This document shows, piece by piece, positions 1 to 8,698 of a stretch of DNA of 64,000 bases. The stretch's first letter is position 1; every line of letters begins with the position of its first letter. The stretch lies in IMG/VR virus record IMGVR_UViG_3300029319_000001; one strand, written 5' to 3'. The stretch is from a virus. Its lineage: Duplodnaviria > Caudoviricetes. Below the pieces are notes generated by a model that was not told the origin of the DNA, ran no database searches, and saw only the letters and a program-made list of their open reading frames with translations. The translations under genes were made by a program, and so were the position numbers.

Positions 1-3000
1 CCTTATGTACAGAGAGTAACCGTATTCAACAAAGGTAGTAATGTTACTGCGTCTGATCCATATGGTTATGCTTCTGCAGATGCTGCACCTTCTTCATACA
101 TCTCTGGTGGTGGTGCTTACTTAGATGGTTCTGAAGTAGCAGCAGGATCGCTTGAGGCAGCGATGCTATTCAACGAGGTTACATTTATTGTACCTAACAG
201 TAAAGGTGTTGTATTAACCAACGGTTCTCGTTGTGAATATATTAATTGCTTTACTTACTTTGCTTCTGAAGCAATCAAGGGTGAGTCTGGAACATTAGGT
301 ATTTCATCTGCTGGTCAGACTAGATTGAGATTGTCAGGTATTACAACTGTTGGTGTTGGTAATACAATTACTCTATTTGATACTGATGGAACCACTGGAT
401 TAGGTACTGCTGTTGTTGCATCTTATGATGGAACTTACTTAGGTGTAACTGGCAAGCAACTTGGATTTGAAGTTCTTAATGCTAGGACTGCTAAATCAGT
501 AACATTTAATGATGATGCTCAGTTAGATACTACTGTTAAGAAGTTTGGTAGTGCAGCACTTAAGTTAGATGGTGCTAACGATTCTATTAGTGTTCCTTCT
601 AGTGGTGATCTTGGATTTGGAACTAACACAGACTTCACAATTGAATTCTGGGCATACTCAAATACAACTGGACTTTCTAGTGCAACTCTATTTGACTTAA
701 GAGACAATGGTACTGATACTAACGGTCTAAGTCTTGCATATCGTGCTGCTGGTGAAGTTGATCTAAGAGTCGGTACAACTACTGCTATCACTGGATCTGG
801 TGCAGGTATTGCTACTGGAGTTTGGAAACACTTTGCAATAGCAAGAGATGGTACAGACACAAGATTATTCGTTGATGGTACACAAAGAGGTATTAAAACT
901 TCTGATACTACCGATTATGGTGCATCTAAGGGTATTGTATTTGGTGCAGACTTTGATGGAGCAAGCAATAATGTAACAGGTTGGATTGATGAGGTAAGAA
1001 TTGAAAGAGGTGTTGCTAAGTATACAGCAAACTTCACTGCTCCTACTGCTGCTCCAACAGGAGATAAAGATACAGTACTACTTCTACATTTTGATGGTTC
1101 TACTGGTATCAAGACTACTACTGATGATACAATCCGTAATCAGGATATTCGTATTACACAAGCAGGTGGTGGAATTGGAACTGCTACTAAGGTAACTCTA
1201 GCAGATTACAGTCAGTTTGGTGCTGACATGCGTTCTGTTAGTTGTGCAGTTGAGTATGGTCAAAAAGGTGTCATCGCTGATGGTGATGGTGTTACAATGC
1301 GTCTTTTTGCACTTAACTTCAATATGGTTGGTGCAGGTGGAGATATTACTAATGATCCTAACCTAGCAATACAAGCAAACGAAGTTACTGAGGTAAACAA
1401 CGGTGATGTATCTTATGTAAGTATTGACCAGAAAGGAGATTTCAGAGTTGGCGAAGCATTCTTTGTTGATCAAGAAAATGGTACAGTATCATTCTCACAA
1501 CAAGTAACAAGTCTTCAGGCATTATCTAATCTAACAATCACTGACGGTTCAAATAGCAGTCAGATTACACCTAACAGTGGTACATTTGGTAACATCCAGA
1601 TAGCTGGAAATAACATAGAATCTACTTCAGGAGATATTAACATTGATCCTGCTGGTTCAGGAGACATCAACATTACTGGTGATGTAAATGTTTTAGGTAT
1701 CTTAACTGCTACAGTTATTCAACTAGATGCATTCCAGAAAGGTGATACATCTGTTGCTCTTACTGATAGTGGTACTGATGGAACTATCCGTCTTTCTACA
1801 GATGGCGATGAGGCAATGCGTGTCGATGCCAATCAGAAAGTTGGTATTGGAACTGCTGCAGTCAGAGATAGATTAGATGTTTTAGATACTGCTAGATTTG
1901 AAAATGTTAATGTAACTGGCGTTGGTACATTTGGTGGTGCTCTTAATGTTGCTGGTATCATAACTTCTACTGGTGGAGACATCAACGGAAACTTAGATGT
2001 ATCTGGTATTATAGATTCTACTGGTATTGGCGTAACAGGAAACTTAGATGTATCTGGTGTTGGTACTATTACAACTTTCGATACAGAGACTGCTGATCTT
2101 AAAACTGTTAAGATAACATCTGGTATTGCAACTGACTTGGTTGGTACTGCTGCAACTATTTCTACTATCGATGTTACAGATGGTGATATAGTTAACGCCA
2201 AAATAAATGCTGGTGTTATAACTTCTATGACACTAACAGATGGTCAGGTTAGTGGTATTGTAACTTATGCAGATAATGCTGCGGTACACTTTGGAGATGG
2301 TGGAGATCTTAAGATCTACCATAACCCATCTTTCGGATCTTACATTGACGATTCAGGATTCGGTGCTCTTGCAATTCGTTCTAATGAGATTCAGTTACAG
2401 AAGTATACTGGTGAAACTCTTGCTAACTTTACTGCTGATGGTTCAGTTAAATTATTCCATAATAACGGTCCTAGATTAGAAACTCTAGGTGCTGGTGTTA
2501 GTGTTAGTGGTGAATTACAAACTGGACAATTATTAGTTGCTACTGATGCAGTTGTTAGTGCTGGAATGACTGTTGTTGGAATCACAACTTTCAACGATGA
2601 TGTATTCATTGCAGGTAACTTAAATGTTGTTGGTGATGTTGTATATGATGAGATAGATGGTAGAAATATAAACATCACTGGCATAGCAACAATTGCTGCT
2701 ATGGTTATTACTGGAGTAACAACCTCTAAGAATATTCAAATTGGTACTGCTACTTCTACTACTAAAATTACTACTACCAGTGGTAAATTGGTTCTTGAAT
2801 CTTCTGAAGATCAAGTAGATGTCAATGACAATCTATTGGTTGTAGGATATGGTACATTCAAGAATGGTTTATATTATCCAGATTCTGCAAATGGTATTGG
2901 GTATAGTGGTCCTAACGGAATCGCATACTTTGATGCAACAGGTAAGATTGTTAGTGGCCTAAGTACTGTTGGATTCATAACTGTCTCCGACTATGTTCTT

Positions 3001-3060
3001 ACCGTGAACTCATCTGGAGAACCAATATGGTCTGAATCGATTGATGGAGGATTCTTCTAA
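1..3060 (+). CDS. Tail fibre / virion structural protein with LamG (concanavalin A-like) domain; 5'-truncated
   Basis: Frame is open from base 1 (PYVQRVTVFNKGSN...), so the track start at 163 is internal. LamG motifs DFTIEFW, WKHFAIARDG, GWIDEVRI; Gly/Thr-rich beta repeats; sits just before gp13. Confidence 0.75.
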   Translation, partial: PYVQRVTVFNKGSNVTASDPYGYASADAAPSSYISGGGAYLDGSEVAAGSLEAAMLFNEVTFIVPNSKGVVLTNGSRCEYINCFTYFASEAIKGESGTLGISSAGQTRLRLSGITTVGVGNTITLFDTDGTTGLGTAVVASYDGTYLGVTGKQLGFEVLNARTAKSVTFNDDAQLDTTVKKFGSAALKLDGANDSISVPSSGDLGFGTNTDFTIEFWAYSNTTGLSSATLFDLRDNGTDTNGLSLAYRAAGEVDLRVGTTTAITGSGAGIATGVWKHFAIARDGTDTRLFVDGTQRGIKTSDTTDYGASKGIVFGADFDGASNNVTGWIDEVRIERGVAKYTANFTAPTAAPTGDKDTVLLLHFDGSTGIKTTTDDTIRNQDIRITQAGGGIGTATKVTLADYSQFGADMRSVSCAVEYGQKGVIADGDGVTMRLFALNFNMVGAGGDITNDPNLAIQANEVTEVNNGDVSYVSIDQKGDFRVGEAFFVDQENGTVSFSQQVTSLQALSNLTITDGSNSSQITPNSGTFGNIQIAGNNIESTSGDINIDPAGSGDINITGDVNVLGILTATVIQLDAFQKGDTSVALTDSGTDGTIRLSTDGDEAMRVDANQKVGIGTAAVRDRLDVLDTARFENVNVTGVGTFGGALNVAGIITSTGGDINGNLDVSGIIDSTGIGVTGNLDVSGVGTITTFDTETADLKTVKITSGIATDLVGTAATISTIDVTDGDIVNAKINAGVITSMTLTDGQVSGIVTYADNAAVHFGDGGDLKIYHNPSFGSYIDDSGFGALAIRSNEIQLQKYTGETLANFTADGSVKLFHNNGPRLETLGAGVSVSGELQTGQLLVATDAVVSAGMTVVGITTFNDDVFIAGNLNVVGDVVYDEIDGRNINITGIATIAAMVITGVTTSKNIQIGTATSTTKITTTSGKLVLESSEDQVDVNDNLLVVGYGTFKNGLYYPDSANGIGYSGPNGIAYFDATGKIVSGLSTVGFITVSDYVLTVNSSGEPIWSESIDGGFF

Positions 3061-3914
3061 TGGCAAAACCGACCACAAGAGAGGAGTTGAAAGACTACGC
3101 TCTTAGACAACTTGGTGCCCCTGTATTAGAAATTAATGTTGCTGATGAGCAAGTGGAAGATGCTCTTGATGATACATTACAACTTTTTTATGAACGCCAT
3201 TTTGATGGTGTAGAAAGAGTTTATTTGAAATATAAAATTACTGCTGACGATATAAAGCGTGGAAGAGCAAGAGGTGGTAGTGAGTCATTAGGTATTACTA
3301 CAACAACTACAACTAGTAATATTGTAGGTTCTGCTAATACAACTTTATCTTTTAATTGGGAAGAGAATCAAAGTGAATTTCCATTACCAGATTCTGTTAT
3401 TGGTATAGAAAGAGTATTTGTTTTCGATGCTAGTTTTATATCAAACAATATGTTCAGTTTCAAATATCAATTGTTCCTGAATGATGTTGCATTTAATCTT
3501 GGATATAGTGGACTTCTAAGTTATGCAATGACTAAGACCTATCTAGAGGACATTGATTTCCTACTATCTACAGAAAAACCAACTAGATTTAATAAGAGAA
3601 ATGGAAAGTTATATCTTGATATTGATTGGGGATCAATGACAGAAGGTACATACATAATTTTAAATTGTCATAGAATTATGGATCCTGCTAATTATAGTGG
3701 AGTCTATAATGATTACTTCATCAAAAGATATTTTACTCAAGCAGTTAAAAAACAATGGGGTACTAATTTAACTAAGTTCCAAGGAGTTAAACTTCCTGGT
3801 GGAATTGAATTAAATGGTAGACAAATATATGAAGATGCTGTAATGGAAATACAAAGGATAGAAGAGAAAATGATGACAGATTACGAATTACCTCCACTTG
3901 ATATGATAGGATGA
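3060..3914 (+). CDS. gp13: Neck protein gp13
   Basis: MAKPTTREELKDYALRQLGAPVLEINV...KKQWGTNLTKFQGVKLPGGIELNG; T4 synteny. Confidence 0.95.
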   Translation: MAKPTTREELKDYALRQLGAPVLEINVADEQVEDALDDTLQLFYERHFDGVERVYLKYKITADDIKRGRARGGSESLGITTTTTTSNIVGSANTTLSFNWEENQSEFPLPDSVIGIERVFVFDASFISNNMFSFKYQLFLNDVAFNLGYSGLLSYAMTKTYLEDIDFLLSTEKPTRFNKRNGKLYLDIDWGSMTEGTYIILNCHRIMDPANYSGVYNDYFIKRYFTQAVKKQWGTNLTKFQGVKLPGGIELNGRQIYEDAVMEIQRIEEKMMTDYELPPLDMIG

Positions 3915-3915
3915 T

Positions 3916-5343
3916 ATGGCACTTAATCCATTCTTTCTTCAAGGTTCGCCCACTGAACAAAAACTTGTTCAAGAATTAATTGACGAGCACTTAAAAATAT
4001 TTGGGATAGATGTTTATTATCTACCCAGAAAAATGATTGAAACTGATGATGTGCTTGGAGAAGTTCAATCATCTAAATTTAATGATGCTTATGTTATTGA
4101 AGCATATCTAAACAATTATGAAGGGTATGCTAAAGGTAGTGATATTATGACTAAGTTTGGTGTCAATCTAGAAAATGAGATTACACTAACTATATCACGA
4201 GAAAGATATGAAGATTTTGTAGCACCATTTGTTGTTACTCATGATCCAAAGAATGCTGGAACTGAGATCATGTTTGGTACTAGACCTAAAGAAGGTGATC
4301 TAATATATTTTCCATTAGGAGAAAGACTTTTTGAAATCAAACATGTAGAGTTTGAAAATCCTTTTTACCAACTTGGTAAGAATTATATCTATGAACTTCA
4401 GTGTGAACTATTCCGTTATGAGGATGAGTATATTGACACTAATGTTGCTGTAATAGATCAAAGAGTTGATGATGAGGGAGAAGTAACTACAGTCGCTATG
4501 GCAGGTATCGGATCAACTGCTATTGCAATAGTTGACTCATTTGCTTCTCAAGGTGCCCTACAATTCATCACACTTAACAATGACGGATATAACTATACTT
4601 CCGCACCCTCTGTCACAATCGCACCCTCTCCTGCTGGTGTTACTTCAAGTAGAGCTGGTGCATTTGCCTTCAACACATCAAGGTCTGGTCTATATTCTGT
4701 GGATTCTGTAGTACTACAAAATCCAGGTTTTGCATATACAGAGGCTCCAGCAATTACTTTCGGAGGACCAGGCGTAGGTGCTGCTGCTACAGCATCTTTG
4801 ACAAGTAGTGGTATTACTTCTATTCGTATTACTTCTATTGGTAATAATTATATTCAACCACCTATCATAAGTATTCAACATCCATCAAATGTTGCTATTG
4901 GAACTACAGGAACTGTAGGTAGTAAACCTGGTCAAGTACAAGCAACTGCTATTGCTACTCTTGAGGGTGATAAATTAAGTAGAATTTATCTTAGCAATGC
5001 TGGTAGTGGTTATGAGGGAACTCCTACTATCACAATTGGTTCTCCAATTTCTACTGGAGTTGGAACATATTTCTATAATGAAAGAGTTCTTGGATCTGAA
5101 TCTGGAACAGAAGCATATGTTAAAGAATGGAATGTAATAGAGAGAAAACTGAAGTTGTCAATAAATAATGGTGTATTCACTCCTGGTGAGTACATAACTG
5201 GAACTGCTTCGTCTGCTAGATACCAAGTTCTATCACACACTGGTGTTGACACCACTAGTGCTTACACATCTAATGATGAGTTTGAACTTGAGGCAGATGA
5301 GATCATTGATTTTGCAGAGACTAATCCATTTGGTAATTATTAA
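3916..5343 (+). CDS. gp14: Neck protein gp14 (with long cyanophage-type Gly/Thr/Ala repeat insertion)
   Basis: MALNPFFLQGS...PKEGDLIYFPL...PFYQLGKNYIYELQCELF, C-terminal NPFGNY. Confidence 0.93.
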   Translation: MALNPFFLQGSPTEQKLVQELIDEHLKIFGIDVYYLPRKMIETDDVLGEVQSSKFNDAYVIEAYLNNYEGYAKGSDIMTKFGVNLENEITLTISRERYEDFVAPFVVTHDPKNAGTEIMFGTRPKEGDLIYFPLGERLFEIKHVEFENPFYQLGKNYIYELQCELFRYEDEYIDTNVAVIDQRVDDEGEVTTVAMAGIGSTAIAIVDSFASQGALQFITLNNDGYNYTSAPSVTIAPSPAGVTSSRAGAFAFNTSRSGLYSVDSVVLQNPGFAYTEAPAITFGGPGVGAAATASLTSSGITSIRITSIGNNYIQPPIISIQHPSNVAIGTTGTVGSKPGQVQATAIATLEGDKLSRIYLSNAGSGYEGTPTITIGSPISTGVGTYFYNERVLGSESGTEAYVKEWNVIERKLKLSINNGVFTPGEYITGTASSARYQVLSHTGVDTTSAYTSNDEFELEADEIIDFAETNPFGNY

Positions 5344-6143
5344 TGTTAGGTACCTATTTTTATCACGAAATATTACGAAGGACTGTCATATCCTTCGGAA
5401 CACTTTTTAATGAAATTCATGTTCAAAAACAGGACAAGGATGGTAAAGTAATTAGTGATCTTAATGTTCCTTTGGCATATGGTCCTAGGGCAAAGTTTCT
5501 TGCAAGATTAGAACAGTTACAGGAACTGAATAAACCAACTGCAATATCATTACCAAGAATGTCATTTGAAATGACTGACTTGTCATATGATGCAACAAGA
5601 AAAACTTCTGTTACTAAAACTTATAAAGCACTGGATGGTGCTGATAAAGTAAAAAAAGTTTATCTTCCTGTTCCGTATAATGTTGGGTTTGAACTTAACA
5701 TTATGTGTAAATTGAATGATGATGCATTGCAGATCGTAGAACAAATTCTTCCTTTCTTTCAACCTGCATTTAATATTACAGTAGACTTAGTAAGTTCTAT
5801 TGGTGAAAAACGAGATATACCAGTTGTTCTGGAGAATATATCTTTTACAGATGAATATGAAGGAGATTTTAGTACTCGTAGAGTATTGATGTATACTATG
5901 ACATTTAGTGCAAAGACCTATCTATTCGGTCCTATTGCAGAATCTACAGATGGAATCATCCGTAAGGTTCAAGTCGATTACTATACAAATACTGATAAAC
6001 AAAATGCGAAGCGTGAAATGAGGTATACTGCAACTCCAGATCCTGTTGATGCAGAACCAGATGATGACTTTGGATTTAGTGAGGAGTCTACTATGTTCTT
6101 CGATAGTAAACAATATAGTCCAACAAGAAGAGAGGATGTATGA
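5343..6143 (+). CDS. gp15: Tail sheath stabiliser / terminator gp15
   Basis: MLGTYFYHEILRRTVISFGTLFN...VPLAYGPRAKF...LPRMSFE...PVPYNVGFEL. Confidence 0.95.
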   Translation: MLGTYFYHEILRRTVISFGTLFNEIHVQKQDKDGKVISDLNVPLAYGPRAKFLARLEQLQELNKPTAISLPRMSFEMTDLSYDATRKTSVTKTYKALDGADKVKKVYLPVPYNVGFELNIMCKLNDDALQIVEQILPFFQPAFNITVDLVSSIGEKRDIPVVLENISFTDEYEGDFSTRRVLMYTMTFSAKTYLFGPIAESTDGIIRKVQVDYYTNTDKQNAKREMRYTATPDPVDAEPDDDFGFSEESTMFFDSKQYSPTRREDV

Positions 6144-6388
6144 CCTATTTCGCACCTGCAAGAGAGAATGTTCCCTATGATGCTTGGTTCGATGATAAAA
6201 TTAACCCCCTAGATCTTATGCCTATTAAAGAAGAAGACCCTATCGATACTATGCCATGTGAGTATCAACCTCCTGGTGTAGACGAAGAAGATAATATAAC
6301 TATACATGAGAAGATGTTTAGATTAGCCAGAGCAAAATATAATCCTTTTGCTGTTGGTGGATCAGAATCCATTGGAGACAAAAAATGA
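6140..6388 (+). CDS. Hypothetical protein
   Basis: ATGA overlap with gp15 stop; in co-oriented operon. Confidence 0.7.
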   Translation: MTYFAPARENVPYDAWFDDKINPLDLMPIKEEDPIDTMPCEYQPPGVDEEDNITIHEKMFRLARAKYNPFAVGGSESIGDKK

Positions 6389-6651
6389 CTTTTGATGAAT
6401 TTATTACCGAAGCTAAATCTGCTGCATGGCAGAGGAAGGAAGGTAAGAATAAATCAGGAGGATTGAATGAGAAAGGTAGAAAATCATATGAAAGAGAAAA
6501 TCCTGGTTCTGATTTAAAAGCACCACAACCCGAAGGCGGACCTAGAAAGAGATCTTTCTGTGCTCGTATGGGTGGTGTAAAAGGACCTATGAAAAAACCT
6601 AATGGTGAACCCACTCGTAAAGCATTAGCACTTAGAAAGTGGAAGTGTTGA
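6385..6651 (+). CDS. Small basic protein (DUF6321-like) with capsid-targeting-like N-terminus
   Basis: MTFDEFITEA then AAWQRKEGKNKSGGLNEKGRKSY...RKRSFCARM...LALRKWKC. Confidence 0.75.
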   Translation: MTFDEFITEAKSAAWQRKEGKNKSGGLNEKGRKSYERENPGSDLKAPQPEGGPRKRSFCARMGGVKGPMKKPNGEPTRKALALRKWKC

Positions 6652-6652
6652 C

Positions 6653-7075
6653 ATGAAAAAAGATTTTGGATCTATAGATAAAGCATTAAATACTAATAGT
6701 ATTGATGTGGAAGTTACTGCTACACCTGAAGTTAAACCAGAACTTTCAACAAGGGATGTTAGTAAAGAACTTGATAAAGATTATGAATATACCAGAGGCA
6801 ATCTCTATTCTCTAATTGAAAAGGGGCAGGAGACTCTTAATGGTATTATGGAGTTAGCAGACGAGACACAATCTCCAAGAGCATTTGAAGTTGCTGGACA
6901 AGTTCTTAAGAGTGTTGCTGATACCACTGATAAATTATTAGATCTACAGAAGAAGTTAAAAGATATTGATGAGACAAAATCTAAAGGAACAACTAATGTA
7001 ACAAACAATGCTATGTTCGTTGGTAGCACTGCAGAGTTGCAGAAAATGCTCAAAGAGATGGGAAACTCTAAATAA
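6653..7075 (+). CDS. gp16: Terminase small subunit gp16
   Basis: DYEYTRGNLYSLIEKG...PRAFEVAGQVLK...NNAMFVGSTAELQKML. Confidence 0.92.
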   Translation: MKKDFGSIDKALNTNSIDVEVTATPEVKPELSTRDVSKELDKDYEYTRGNLYSLIEKGQETLNGIMELADETQSPRAFEVAGQVLKSVADTTDKLLDLQKKLKDIDETKSKGTTNVTNNAMFVGSTAELQKMLKEMGNSK

Positions 7076-7096
7076 AAGTGCCTTCTAGAAGAAATC

Positions 7097-7492
7097 ATGA
7101 CAGAAAAGAAAGAAGCACCTAAAGGAATTATTGGTAAGATAAAAGAGAAAATATTACCAGATGAAGACGAACAAGCAGCGATTATCTCTACCTTTGTGAG
7201 ACTTGGTGTATTAGTTTGGAGTGGTGGAATACTAACTTTAAATTATGTTGCTATACCAGGTGTACCACAACAAAAGATAGATCCAACTTTTATAGCTTCG
7301 GTTTTCACAGGAGTTTTAGCTAGTTTTGGAATTCAAACGGCTTCTAAGAAAGGCGATGGTACTATGAAAATGCCACCTGGTGCTAGTGGAATTGGTAAGA
7401 ATGGTGGTCCTACACAGACTATTATTATAGAACAAGCACCATTAAAAATTATTGCTGAGTCACCTAAGAAGACAGAAAACTACAAGATGTAG
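7097..7492 (+). CDS. Membrane protein resembling conserved picocyanobacterial hypotheticals
   Basis: Two hydrophobic segments (VRLGVLVWSGGILTLNY; IDPTFIASVFTGVLASFG). Confidence 0.7.
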   Translation: MTEKKEAPKGIIGKIKEKILPDEDEQAAIISTFVRLGVLVWSGGILTLNYVAIPGVPQQKIDPTFIASVFTGVLASFGIQTASKKGDGTMKMPPGASGIGKNGGPTQTIIIEQAPLKIIAESPKKTENYKM

Positions 7493-7522
7493 TATAATAT
7501 ATACAGTAAAACTATATTGTAT

Positions 7523-7744
7523 ATGAGAGAACAATTAATCAAAGCACTGCTGGCACACGCCCAAGGAGATATCCAAAAGCATGTTGCTAATGTAGAAGTG
7601 TATCTTACTAATCCTGCAGGTATTGGTGAGCACTCAAATATAGTTGAGGCAATTGAACAAGAATTAGATATGATTGCTAAGTATCAAGATCAAATTGATA
7701 TCATTAATAAGTATTTTAAAACATCTAAAAAAGAGTTGCTTTGA
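7523..7744 (+). CDS. Hypothetical cyanophage protein
   Basis: MREQLIKALLAHAQGDIQKHVANVEVYL...GIGEH; ATG at 7523. Confidence 0.75.
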   Translation: MREQLIKALLAHAQGDIQKHVANVEVYLTNPAGIGEHSNIVEAIEQELDMIAKYQDQIDIINKYFKTSKKELL

Positions 7745-7812
7745 TACTCTAACAGTACATCCAAAAATACAGAGAATGTAGATAAATACTGGGAAATGGA
7801 GTTGAAACTATC

Positions 7813-7971
7813 ATGTCCCATTATACCGTAGGTTATCACGATAACCAACACGATATGCATGAAATCTGCGAATATGCAGACGATGCATTCACTGCTATAA
7901 AGCAAGCAAGAGAAGACTTAGAAGGTTTTAATAATCCTCATGCTGCTGAATACTGTATTAAGGAGGACTAA
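7813..7971 (+). CDS. Small hypothetical protein (52 aa, not in ORF track)
   Basis: Manual translation MSHYTVGYHDNQHDMHEICEYADDAFTAIKQAREDLEGFNNPHAAEYCIKED; ATAAATA late promoter at 7782-7788. Confidence 0.7.
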   Translation: MSHYTVGYHDNQHDMHEICEYADDAFTAIKQAREDLEGFNNPHAAEYCIKED

Positions 7972-7972
7972 G

Positions 7973-8137
7973 ATGAACGGTAGACTGGATAAAGTAGCAA
8001 TGACTAATAGACTTATGCAACTTAAAAGAGAACTACATTACAAATGTGAGATTGGAGAGAAAGGAGAATGGGAGTGTCAAGGAGCAAACGAATATCTTAA
8101 TAGAGTGTTTGATGTTTTAGATGAATATTGGCAATGA
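7973..8137 (+). CDS. Hypothetical protein
   Basis: AGGAGG RBS at 7961-7966 before ATG 7973; MNGRLDKVAMTNRLMQLKRELH. Confidence 0.75.
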   Translation: MNGRLDKVAMTNRLMQLKRELHYKCEIGEKGEWECQGANEYLNRVFDVLDEYWQ

Positions 8138-8295
8138 TTGTCTGGGGTGTAATCTGGATGATTGCAATACTCCTTGTAGCGGTATCTTGGTATATCTACT
8201 ATATACTTAGAATGGCTTATAAGGAGATGTCTGATGGGAACAATGACCCCACCGAGCAGGAAGAGTTGTTACAACTTTCGAGTGACGGAGATTAA
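8134..8295 (+). CDS. Small single-pass membrane protein (53 aa, not in ORF track)
   Basis: ATGA-coupled to upstream stop; MIVWGVIWMIAILLVAVSWYIYYILRMAYKEMSDG...; overlaps nuclease ORF. Confidence 0.55.
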   Translation: MIVWGVIWMIAILLVAVSWYIYYILRMAYKEMSDGNNDPTEQEELLQLSSDGD

Positions 8296-8698
8296 TCGTG
8301 TTCTTGACGGGGATACTATTGATGTCACCATTGATCTTGGGTTTGATCTATACAAGAAAGAGAGAGTTAGAATTGCAGGAGTTGATACGCCAGAGAAAAG
8401 AACAAGAAACTTGGAAGAAAAGGAGTTAGGAATCGATGCTACCAACTGGCTTAAAGAAAAATTGGAGAGCACACTTGCTGGTGATGATCAGCTTTTCATT
8501 CGTACTGAGCTTGTGGGGGGCGTTGGGAAGTACGGACGGTTACTGGGGTGGTGTTACATCGGGGACGCAGAAGTGTCTCTCAATGAACAAATGATTGATG
8601 AAGGGTACGCTTGGGGATATGATGGTGGTACAAAGAAGAAAGACTTTGAAGAACTCAGAGAAATTCGTAGATCATTTGGTACGCTAGACGCAGGTTAA
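8234..8698 (+). CDS. Thermonuclease (SNase-like)
   Basis: RVLDGDTID...ERVRIAGVDTPE...GKYGRLLG...NEQMIDEGYAWGY. Confidence 0.9.
   Translation: MGTMTPPSRKSCYNFRVTEINRVLDGDTIDVTIDLGFDLYKKERVRIAGVDTPEKRTRNLEEKELGIDATNWLKEKLESTLAGDDQLFIRTELVGGVGKYGRLLGWCYIGDAEVSLNEQMIDEGYAWGYDGGTKKKDFEELREIRRSFGTLDAG

Noticed and set aside
163-165. ATG 163 as start of the first gene
   Set aside because: The frame is open back to base 1, so the true start is outside the window.
7486-7505. Possible NtcA boxes (also at 7755-7770, 35855-35868, 42741-42755)
   Set aside because: Spacing is N7 or N10, or the TAC half-site is missing; none match GTA-N8-TAC.
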